In this document: piece by piece, positions 26,274-38,600 of the stretch
How positions within the stretch are numbered: the first letter of the stretch is position 1
How the letters are laid out: the number at the start of each line of letters is the position of its first letter
Assembly: GCA_030141605.1 (NCBI GenBank)
Contig: JAQGDQ010000294.1
Coordinates: 227,938-291,937, forward strand
Direction of reading: 5' to 3'
Length of the DNA: 64,000 bases
Origin: Tubiluchus corallicola
Lineage: Eukaryota; Animalia; Priapulida
Made by a program: the position numbers and the translations under genes
The notes under the pieces: generated by a model
What the model was told of the DNA's origin: nothing
Seen by the model: the letters and a program-made list of their open reading frames with translations, nothing else
The model's database searches: none

Positions 26274-26604
26274 ACTGTAATTGTACCAAGTGAGAAATTG
26301 CTTATGCTGTCTGAATAGAGTTAAAAAGCAGTTAAACTTCTGAAAGTTGAATATACAGCATGCAGACCCACTTAAGCTCTGAAATACCAATCAAAAAGAT
26401 GCCAACAACCAAAGTTGCATTTCTGTACTTTATTTCTAAACAACATTCATAAGACAACAGTTCAAACTACACACACGCGTGCATTTGCACGTACACACAC
26501 ATATATAGTCTGGCAAATATAAATAGTGTAAAAATACACCTGAGTGATATGTCTACAGCAAACAATCATACATAAATGCTATGTTGTGCGTGAAGCTGTC
26601 ACAT

Positions 26605-29600
26605 CTAGATTGTTGATACATGAGAACTCTTCAGGTCTCTTACAGCATTAACAACTTGATCCAACTGATCCACATCTGCAAAGGAAAAGCTGTTAAAGTA
26701 TTTGCCAAAAAAATTTTTCCATAAAATGCACGTCACATGTGGTAGAAGACAATGAAGTTTGTCAATAGGCAATAGAATTTGTCATTTACTGATTTGTGCA
26801 CGGTGAACCCTGAGTCTCAATAGTGCTGTCGAAATAACGGGCATTGTTGATAATAGTGACATGGTCTTTATTGCTTACATTTTAATGTAGACTTGCATCA
26901 ACATCAGTAACACTTTTATTTCTCATTTACTCAGGCAGTCAGAATTGAACAACCTTTGTTATCGTCATAGTAAAACAGATGTTACTTTGTTGGGATATTT
27001 ACTTTTATGTACGGACAGTTAAGGCTAAGGCTACGCTTAGCTTAACTCACATCAAATGAAAGGTCTCAATCTAATGTTGTCTTACAGGTGATTTGTTTAT
27101 CGCATTGTGACCATTGGGAAACAAGAAGTAAAAAACTCCATATTTGCTAATTTTTCGAAACTTATACACCTTAGCTTCAAAAAACAGAATGTTATGGGCC
27201 ATCTGCACCCAAGGCTTTAACCATATTTGGTATTTGTGGGAGGCCTATAAAAATCTTCTTAAATACGTATTCATTTTTTTCTTCAAAATTTCAACAAGTG
27301 CAAAAAGCAATCACATGATCTTTTGTGAAAATCTTTGTGGGAACACCAAATAAAGAAAAGCTCAACTACAAGGTGTGGTGCACCTCTTTTACAGAGTAAG
27401 GCAAATCATGAATATATACAGTCAACCTCGGGTATAAGGTACTCGCTTATAAGGGACACTCGCTTATAACGGACCACCAACACCAGTCCCGATTTTCCGT
27501 AACGTTTTTCCTATGTAAAAATCTTCGTACGCAAGGTACTCGGATATAAGGGACTTTCGGTTATAAGAGATGATATCTTCAGGTTCCGCATAATAGAAAC
27601 CCATTTAAATAACCTCGCATATAAGGGACCCTATGATTAAAGTGATATTGATCGATTTTTAACCTCAATTTTTCGCAAACTCGGTTTCCACGCTCACATA
27701 CATCTCGCATCACTGAAGGAGCTTCCTACATACCGTTTGCACTGAATGCGTAGCAATAATCCATAAAAACATGGGTAAAAGTACAGAAAAGTACAGGTCT
27801 AGATACACCCTCGGTCTGACTCAACTTCGGATATAAGGGATGATTTTTTCCGCTCCCGAGGTGTCCCTTATATCCAAGGTTGACTGTAGTTCGATGTGGC
27901 AGTTCAAATCAATCTTTCCTTTCAAACTCACTAGTAATATACAGTTTCTTTCTTATTACATGATCAACTGCTATAGACACTTGTAAAATTTTAGTTCCAC
28001 ACAGGTTTACTTTCAATCAATCAGTTTAAATTGTCGGCTTTTCACTGCTGTTGCAGCTGTTGTTGCTACTCGTCATACAACTTTTGTTGCTGTTGTTACT
28101 GGTGATAACAACAGTGACAACGATGATGAATATAAACAAGCAGATGCTGAGAATGGCACTGACTACAATGGCGGCTATCACGATGACGACAATGATGATG
28201 ATGATGATGATGATGACGTTGACAATGATGATGATGATGACAGTGGTGATGATGATGATGATGATGCTACACGTTGCTTAAAATAAATCCTATCCATCTG
28301 ACAAAAAATGGTGATGCTTCAATAGTTAGAAATAATACCATAATACAATTATATCTTTGTACAAAACATAGAAAGCTAAAATATTATGATAGTATACTTA
28401 GAATGTCCATCAGATCCAAGGCCATCTTTTGGAAATTTGGTATAAGTTCTTCATACTCCTGCAATTTACTGAAACAAAAATGGGTTAATTACTATAATAG
28501 CAAAACAAAGCCTACCCACTGGTTCATTACCAGTACCAGGTGCCTTTGTTTATAATCACCTGTTTGTTCTTTATCATAAGGATATAGAAGTCAGTACAGT
28601 TTGTAAGCATTCACAGATAGATTTTGAAGTACATGAAAAAAGCTTTACAATTTTTTAAAATGTTATCAAAGCTTAAGAATGACTGAATGAAGTTAGTACA
28701 GTATGTAAGCATTAACAGATAGATTTTGAAGTGCATGAAAAAAGCTTTACAATTTTTTAAAATGTTATCAAAGCATAAGAATGACTGAATGAAGTTAGTA
28801 CAGTAAGTAAGCATTAATAGATAGATTTTGAAGTGCATGAAAAAAGCTTTACAATTTTTAAAATGTTATCAAAGCTTAAGAATGACTGAATGAAGTTAGT
28901 ACAGTATGTAAGCATTAACAGATAGATTTTGAAGTACATGAAAAAAGCTTTACAATTTTTTAAAATGTTATCAAAGCTTAAGAATGACTGAATGAAGTTA
29001 GTACAGTATGTAAGCATTAACAGATAGATTTTGAAGTACATGAAAAAAGCTTTACAATTTTTTAAAATGTTATCAAAGCTTAAGAATGACTGAATGAAGT
29101 TAGTACAGTATGTAAGCATTAACAGATAGATTTTGAAGTACATGAAAAAAGCTTTACAATTTTTTAAAATGTTATCAAAGCTTAAGAATGACTGAATGAA
29201 GTTAGTACAGTATGTAAGCATTAATAGATAGATTTTGAAGTGCATGAAAAAAGCTTTACAATTTTTTAAAATGTATTCAAAACATAAGAATGACAACACT
29301 AGGTAAAAAACACAACAAAACAAAAAACAACACAGTCAGTGTTGGAAATGAACAGCACACCTGTCTATGTTATCAAAACATAAGAATGACAACACTAGGT
29401 GTCAGTGTTGGAAATGAACAGCACACCTGTCTATGTTATCAAAACATAAGAATGACAACACTAGGTGTCAGTGTTGGAAATGAAATGCACACCTGTCTAT
29501 GTTATCAAAACATAAGAATGACAACACTAGGTGTCAGTGTTGGAAATGAACAGCACACCTGTCTATGTTATCAAAACATAAGAATGACAACACTAGGTGT

Positions 29601-32600
29601 CAGTGTTGGAAATGAACAGCACACCTGTCTATGTTATCAAAACATAAGAATGACAACACTAGCTGTCAGTGTTGGAAATGAACAGCACACCTGTCTATGT
29701 TATCAAAACATAAGAATGACAACACTAGGTGTCAGTGTTGGAAATGAACAGCACACCTGTCTATGTTATCAAAACATAAGAATGACAACACTAGGTGTCA
29801 GTGTTGGAAATGAACAGCACACCTGTCTATGTTGTCAATGGTAAGATTCTGCAACTGCCATACTACACCTCGCCGCTCCGCTGTCTGTACGAGAACCGCG
29901 ACTTCGTTAACGACAGCCACTGACGAAGACGATGCGTCTAAAGTCAAAAAACAAATCCAATGTTTTCTTGCACAAACCAATTTTTAATCTCAAGAATTGC
30001 CATTGTAATAAAGCTTAGTGAGAGATAAAAATGTATTAATAATGCAATGTAAATTACTTTGTCTATTGGTCATGCCAAATTTACGTGCTTTTGATAATGA
30101 GAAAAACGTAATTAATTGCAAATAAATTATGCAAGCTGATTGATAATAAATAATGCAAAAAGAAAGCAATTTAGTAGAATCATATTTCATCACGGAGCAC
30201 GAATTTTAAATTACGAACCTAATTTGATCAGTGAGCAGATCGTGTTCTTCATATTACGCAGCTCTTCTAGCTGGTTATGAATGTCGACTATCCTAGTGAC
30301 AGCGTGGCTAAGCGTCTTGATTCCAAACACTTCTTGCAGGCAAGCATACAGGTCTCGATAAGCAACCAGATTCTCCTTTATCAAATGAAATGAGAATCAG
30401 ACATTTCAAAAACTCATATCAAATATAATTAAAACTACTAGCAAAATAAATAATTTTCGAAAAAACGTCGAAGACTTCACAGCTTAAAAAATTGTACAGA
30501 CTTGATCATGGATCATTTTTAACAGTTATACAGTTGCCTAACACTAATTTATCTATCACAATAGGCAATAAATGCCTTGAGTATTTTGTTTTAATTGCAC
30601 GTGATTAGTTCCTAAGGTCAACAACAGACCAGGAATGCCTTTAGTAGCCAATAGTTGAAGCAAAGTGGATGAGAGTAAAATGCAAGATATATACCATGAC
30701 AGTGTTGTAAATCATTACATTTAAATGCGTGTAATGAAGATATTTCAAATTAAATAAAAAAACATTGTTGATAAAATAAAAAATGGCTGTGAGCAAAGTA
30801 AAAAAATTGTCGTTAAAATGAAACGTGCGTCGTTAAGTGAGAAAAAGGTGTGAAATGTCCAGCGTCGTTAAAACAGAGCGTCACTAAACGGGGATCCGTT
30901 TACCATAGTGAATAAGATAGTTATAAGAAATGTATTAATAAGACTTACCTGCTTTTCAGCAATGGTTGGTGAATGTAGCAACCTGTCTTCAACGAGCCAC
31001 CTCACTGAATCAGTCATTTCTGCCACAGAGATCTGATTGCTAGGGGAGGGAAAAAGAGATTCGTCCTTCTTATCACTCGTCAGCTTCTGCCACTTATTCA
31101 ACTCTCTTTGTAGAGCCTGTCAAAACCGTAATATTTATATTAGTGATTCGCTGCACAGTCCAGGTACAGTAAGTTCCAAGTAGGAAAACTAGGCAATTGT
31201 TTAGACTCAATCACATTTTAGTTTACTGTCCAAAATATACATTTTCTTGCCTATAACAGTTAATAATAGTTCCTTATATTTGAACATTTAGCTTAGAAAG
31301 TTAATTAATGGCAACCAAACACTGCTATTGCTTACGTCACAAACTAAAAACAGTTTGTGCAATGGTTGGCATCTTCCCTTGCGAGTCAAGCACATTTGCG
31401 TAAGTATTACAGTACTGCTTAAATGCATGATATCGCAAAAATGAGCTCTACGTCATATGACATCAGAAACTAACACTACAGTTCATGATCATGGTTATCA
31501 CGGTACCGCCTTCTATTTGTCGGCCACGCGAATGTGAGAAAAAAGCGCCGTTGCCAATCTTAGTAAATTCACTGAGCTGCGCGTAGATTTGAAACTTTAA
31601 TGAAATTTGAGTATCCGAGGTAATTATTATTTAATCTAAGCTATGATTTAAAATAAGCTATTGTAGTTTTCAATATTTTAGAGCATAATTTATTCTGAAC
31701 TCGTGTTTACACAATTGTCCGGTTTCCTTTAAGTATTAAATGCATTTCGTGCTATCGTTTATGCGAATTTTACATATATTGTGGCATGGTTGACAGAAAA
31801 ACCTTGAACTGCTTTTAATATCCGTTTTTGTAATCTTTTTCTAACCAGTCATCTCTGCTACTGTACACACAGCATGCAGAGAAAAGCTACGGCACTAATA
31901 ACTTATTGAATATCCGTGATACCAAAATGAATTTTACCACACAATACGGGGCTTCATAGTTACTGACTTGTAAAGATAAATGTTCACATTATGCATTAGC
32001 TTGTCGACAGTGGCTTCAATTTCACCTAGAACATTTTCACAAGTTAACGAGATATTGAACTCTGATTAGTGAGCCAATTAGTGAGCTCATTATTCACTAA
32101 TGTGATGCATTTCACAAAGGTAGCTGAGTTCGTTAATTTTGTGATAACTTAACGTGCTTTCTGAGCAGGCGACAAACAAAAGAAGTTTAACAATGTAACA
32201 AGTGTTAGTGATATTGTTTTAATGAAATCTTTATCAAATGGGGGTTAGATTATCCAACGATTAAGTAGTGCAGTGCAAGGTTTCTAGGTTTCTGAAGTTT
32301 ATTGCAGAATGAGTTGAACTTTAAACATACAGGGGGCGCCGCTTATTAGAATCACGATTAACAGACTTAGTCACTTAATTGACTCAAAAACACGTGGAAT
32401 GGGCCGCTTCTATTCAAATATACATAAAAACTGTCGGTAATTGACTCAATACTTTTCCTGCACATACTTAAAATAAGATACTTTTGTGTACCCAAAGAGT
32501 TTTTACTGCTTTTATGTCATATTTACATCGATGTTGTGCACTATAATATATGTAGAAACAGTCATGTTAAGTACAGCTTCGTCTGTAAGTAAGTACATTA

Positions 32601-35600
32601 TGTTTATCATAAGTGCTAATATGTTAGCTGAGCAGTTTTGCTTTGAATCTGTCACCCGCCTATCCTCTGCAATTGACCTCGTTGTTTCTGGAAGCTGAAC
32701 ATTTAATCACTTGACCAGCGATTTGCTTTTGACATTCCTGATGCTTTTCACAAGGTCATCACCAACTGCAGCTCAAGCACTAGGTGACCAGGTGTTTTGT
32801 GTGAACATGTACAGCCAACAGTGACAAGTTTTTCAATGTTTTTATCACTATGAGAATTTCATAAACCAACTTCTTCGTGAAGAAATGAAGAACTAACTTT
32901 GCATGAATTTCTGTAATTTCTAATGGTAAAAATCATTAAAATCATTTTTGGGAATTTTTCTTTTTTTTATTAATTCACTTTTGCTACTAAACGAAATGCT
33001 ACTAATAAACTATGTTTCTTAAATATTTGAACATGGGTATTTTTGACGTTAATTTGTTTCTGAAATTCATTTGAAGCCTTTGCAATGTATACTAAGTTGA
33101 TGAGTGATGAATCGTACTTGTATATTAGTAATATACTAAACCCTTCGGCTAATTGACTCATTCAGTTAATTGGGTCAAAACACTTCCGTCCAAAAGCGAG
33201 TCTATTAAGTGGCACCTACTGTACTGGAGAAATATTGGAAAACATTGTACTAGGCAGCTTTTCCATACTAGTGAGTTACAGGTTTTAATATTAATATTAA
33301 TACTAAAGCTGTAAGTTTTAATATTATAAGCTTGGATGGAACGCTTCAAAAATCAATACAGAATCAGAAGCTAAAGGACGAATTGCATTGTACAGATTTA
33401 TTTACAGCTAAAAATAATGCGTAGATAATTACTGTAATTATAATAAGGAACATGCCTTTCCCTCCGACTTAAAATATTAAAAGCATTTCAGCATGTAATA
33501 AAGCATTTATCGCTTGAATAAAATTTAGGTAATAAAAAATAATTTATTAATTTTGATTTTATCTCTCTGCCATGCCACAATAAAATAAAAAATTATCTAA
33601 CACACATCGAGATAATGTTAAGAACTTATCATTGCTAATAAATAATTATTATTATTTAGTTCTACTGAGTAGCTTAAATACTCAACTTTCCAGCAAGGAC
33701 CATTTACTAATAGATAGTTTTTCGCACGAACGTCCTACGATTAAAATATATTGCAATAATGATTAAAAAATAAACCTCTATTGAAAAGGGGCCTATGAAA
33801 ATAGAAATACAGTGTTCCCTCATTTATCGCGGGTGTTCCGTGCCAGGCTCACCCGCGATAAGTGAATTTCCGCGAAGTAGGGATGCTATACTTATTTTAG
33901 TAGTTATACATTATTTTAAGTCTTTATAAGCCCTCCCCACACTCTTATACATAAGCCTTTCCTATTCCATTAATAATTTTTCCCATACTGTACATGTACC
34001 TTTTAAAAACTTTCCTAAAATATTCATAAAAATGTTTTAAACTCTTAAACCTAGATACGTAATTTTGACGGAGTACCGCAAAAACCCTCGAAACAGCGAA
34101 AATACCGCGATAAATATTTTACAATAATATTTTTGAAAACCCGTGAAACAGCGAGTCCGTGATAAACGAACCGCAAAGTAACGAGGGAACACTGTACTTG
34201 TAAATATACCTCTAAACTAATAGTATTATTGCGCCATGTTGTTAACGTTGGTAGTACATGATACCACTGACGCTCACACCACACGGCATGCTTAGCCCGG
34301 TATTTATCTCTCAGAGGTGGGAAAGGTTGTTGAGCATGAGACTTGCTGTTCACTAACAGAACAACATCATTTAGTGCCTAGAAATGGAAAATATACGCTT
34401 GTATTCAAGACATAGCAAAACTAATATTTGCCAAAACATTTCCGTTCTATAGGTAATGGGATGTACTGTTCAAAATACAATAAGTCCTGTCTAAATATAT
34501 GGTATCTATGACCGTATTCCTCAAAGACGAATGCGGGTTGGCTTTTCTCAATTAAGCTTTGACCCGAGTCAGAAAGGATGTAAAAACTATGATGGAACCC
34601 CTGTTTTACCTACCTGTAGATGCAGTGCCCCTTTTGAAACAATTAGTCATTTTCTAATTAGCTGCCCATCATATCACCAGGCTCGAGATATATTACTAAG
34701 CGAAGTCTGTACTTCGTTAATTCCCCGTAACATTAGAATTAATTTTTGTCAACAAATGAACTCGTTTATCTGCTTCTTCGTGGCAATCAACACTTAAACA
34801 GCACTTCTACCCATTCTATTAGTTTATATTGATTACATATTAATACTAATGTCTTTCTCAACATTATGCTATGTATGTATTTGTACTGCTAGTAGTCATA
34901 CTGTAATTCTACTGTTTGTTTATTGTGTGTACTTTTCTAATGTTACAATCCGTTAGCAAGAATTCTGTCTATCAGTTGTAAAATTATCTGTTCAAGCCCT
35001 AGCATAATCTCTGTTATTCAATAAAACTACACTCAAATCTCGATGTGCCGGACAAAAGCTGAGAGACGTCGGTCGAATTTGCCGATTCTCTGTATATTGC
35101 AATACTAAGCTAATAGAGTAGCCACCGTGTATTAGACTCACGGTAAAGTAGAATCAATTTCCTACTTGTCTCAAAATCATCTGGTATGAGCTGCTCCTAT
35201 GCGGAGGTGTATAAAAACTATTGGCAATTGACTCAAATAACTCCACATAACTGATTGTAAACCGCTTAGACAAACTGATTAAACCCCTTAAACACACTGA
35301 CATACAAGCTACACACGTGTCATTACATGCCGTTTGGCTGTAAACAAAGTGACGGCCCGCCAACTAGCGGTCAGCTCACGAAATAACAGGCCGTGTCAGT
35401 AGTATGCGGGACTTTTTAAAGGATCAGATTTTGTCCGAATTTTTTGACATCCGTGAAGCAAGGTCAGGCAAACCGAGATATGAGAGTACATTTAAACATA
35501 CGTATAATAAAATCAATGCATCCCAAGACATGAAACTTTGCATTTTGCACATATAGGAAGAAAACGATGAGGAAAGAGTTTCTACATTAAATCTCAACCT

Positions 35601-38600
35601 TTTGCATCTTCTTTATAGACATGAACAATTTGGAAAGTCTTTGGATATCTGCCACAAGCTGATCTACATCATAAATCTGCATTTCATCACAAATAGCCTG
35701 AAAAAGCATCAACAAAAAATGAAAAATGAATGAAAAGCAGCATTAAGAGAAAGACATCGTGTTCACTAACCTCAGGACAATTTAGTAGATACTAGTTGTA
35801 AAACTAGTAAACACTAATTTGCTTGACACTAGTTAATTATCCTATGGGTGAGTTTCATCACTTCCCCTTCAATTCACTTTGATTACATGGACACAGAACA
35901 ATGGGTGAGTTTCATCACTTCCCCTTCAATACACTTTGATTACAAGGCCACAGAACAATGGGTGAGTTTCATCACTTCCCCTTCAATACACTTTGATTAC
36001 ATGGACAGAGAACAATGGGTGAGTTTCATCACTTCCCCTTCAATTCACTTTGATTACATGGACACAGAACAATGGGTGAGTTTCATCACTTCCCCTTCAA
36101 TACACTTTGATTACATGGACACACAACAATGGGTGAGTTTCATCACTTCCCCTTCAATTCACTTTGATTACATGGACACACAACAATGGGTGAGTTTCAT
36201 CACTTTCCCTTAAATTCACATTGATTACATGGACACAGAATAATGGGTGAGTTTCATCACTTTCCCTTCAATTCACTTTGATTACATGGACACAGAACAA
36301 TGGGTGAGTTTCATCATTTCCCCTTCAATACACTTTGATTACAAGGCCACAGAACAATGGGTGAGTTTCATCACTTCCCCTTCAATACACTTTGATTACA
36401 TGGACACACAACAATGGGTAAGTTTCATCACTTCCCCTTCAATTCACTTTGATTACATGGACACAGAACAATGGGTGAGTTTCACCATTTCCCCTTCAAT
36501 TCACTTTGATTACATGGACACAGGTGTCTTAAGTGTCTTAACCACACTCAAAACATTTTACTGCTACTGTATGAGCACAGACATAACTAAATGATTACAA
36601 ATTACCTAATTTGTAATCATTTAGTTATGTCTGTGCTCATACAGTAGCAGAAAAGTTAAAGATCTTATAAGACCTATTTTGAATGGTGTGGTACTGAAGC
36701 AGTTAATCATGCAAAGCTACCCTGTTTCTGCATTATAAATGCTGATTATACACTAGCTTTCTAGAAAAAGTTCACTTCACAGTCAACAGTTTTAATAATA
36801 CTTTTATTACAGATACCTTCAATGTGCAGCGACATTCGCTAGTTGTTAAACTGTCTATGGCTTTGCTCTTCTCGGAGAACTCTCCCAATCTACCAGGTTT
36901 ACGCTTGTTTTTATTTGCTTCCAATTTTGTTTGAAACTTTTTCAACTCTGCATTCATCACTTTAACTTTCTGTTGCAGTTCTCTGTATTTGTACAGCTCC
37001 GGCCTAAAAAAAGTTCGGTTTTCCGTATAAAAGTTCGGTTTTCCGAAAAAAACTTCGCTTTTCCGTATAAAAGTTCGCTTTTCCGTATAAAAGTTCGCTT
37101 TTCCGTATAAAAGTTCGGTTTTCCGAATAAAAGTTCGGTTTTTCGTATAAAAGTTCGCTTTTCCGTATAAAAGTTCGCTTTTCGGTATAAAAGTTCGGTT
37201 TTTCGTATAAAAGTTCGGTTTTCCGAATAAAAGTTTGGTTTTCCGAATAAAGGTTCGGTTTTTGGTATAAAAGTTCGGTTTTCGATATAAAAGTTCGGTT
37301 TTCGGTATAAAAGTTCGGTTTTCTGAATAAAAGTTTGATTTTCTGAATAATAGTTCGGGTTTCCGTATAAAAGTTCGGTTTTCCATATAAAAGTTCGGTT
37401 TTCTGGATAAGAAGTAAAAAAACACTTGATTTTTTATAAAAGTGTAAATAATTGTCATTTTACTTTTCCCATAAATTAAATAAAAATCTTACCTAGAGTT
37501 TAACTCCATCACAAGAATGTGCTTTTCATTTTCCAATAATTCTACTTTTTCTTCAGCATCTTTCAATTTGGCCTGACAAGCCTACAGAAAAGAAAATGTT
37601 GTACAATTAAATGAAAGTGAGTGTCAATGATGCATTAAGCCAGGGTTACACTGAGGCTTACAGCATTTTTGTGAAGATCGAAAAGTCCTACAGCTGGCAA
37701 AAAATTCTGGAAACTGAATTTTGTCGCCCAAGTTGCAAATCATTCACAAAAAGTTCTAAATAATTTCCTGCAATTTTTGCCACTTTTTTTTTTAAATTTC
37801 GGGCTTTCTTCACTGGCGAACTTCGCACATGTCAGGCGACTTCAGCAACAATTACGCAACAAGGCGAATGTTGCACAACATGTTTGTGCATGTTCAGTGA
37901 CTTCAGCGACACTTACAGAACAAAGCGAATGTTGCACGACATGTTTGCGCATGTTAGGCAATTTCAGCAACATTTACGCAACAAGGCGAATGTTGCATGA
38001 CATTCGTGTGGGTATATTGCAATCATTTCACGACCATTTCACAGGATTTTCGCAGAAAGAAGTGCAAGACAAATAAGGTGCTCGAAAACGTCGCTATAAT
38101 GTTGAAATTAGTCGCAAATCCATTGCAGGACTCTCTAAATGTTCTCCAAATTTTTGCAAATTTTGAAATTGTTGACAAACATTACGAATAACTGGCGACA
38201 TATGTGCACAAGTTTCGCTCACACTCATACAACTTGACGACTGTTTAAAGAAGTTTTGAGGAAGCGGCGACTTTTGCAACTCTGAAGCTTGAACATTATA
38301 AAAAATTTTGTCAATGCCAGCAACCTTTTGGCAATAATGATGGAACACCTACGAATGTGTTAATTTAAATTTAGTAATTTTGTTAAAATAACAGACAACA
38401 ATCATACATAAAACTAAGTGACTAATACTTTAATTATGCGAAGTTGTGATACAAGTTCTGCAAATTAGCAATAGCTTATCAACCATAATCTCTTGTAACT
38501 CCTGCTATTAGTGTCTTTATTATTAATTCGATAAACAATTTAAGGTATTAAAAACTTCAACAACAGACCTTCAGCCCAGCCTTGTATCTTTTGTCCTTGT

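Noticed and set aside
28590-36523. Regular arrays as possible CRISPR loci
   Set aside because: The units are head-to-tail with no unique spacers, there are no cas genes, and the context is eukaryotic introns.
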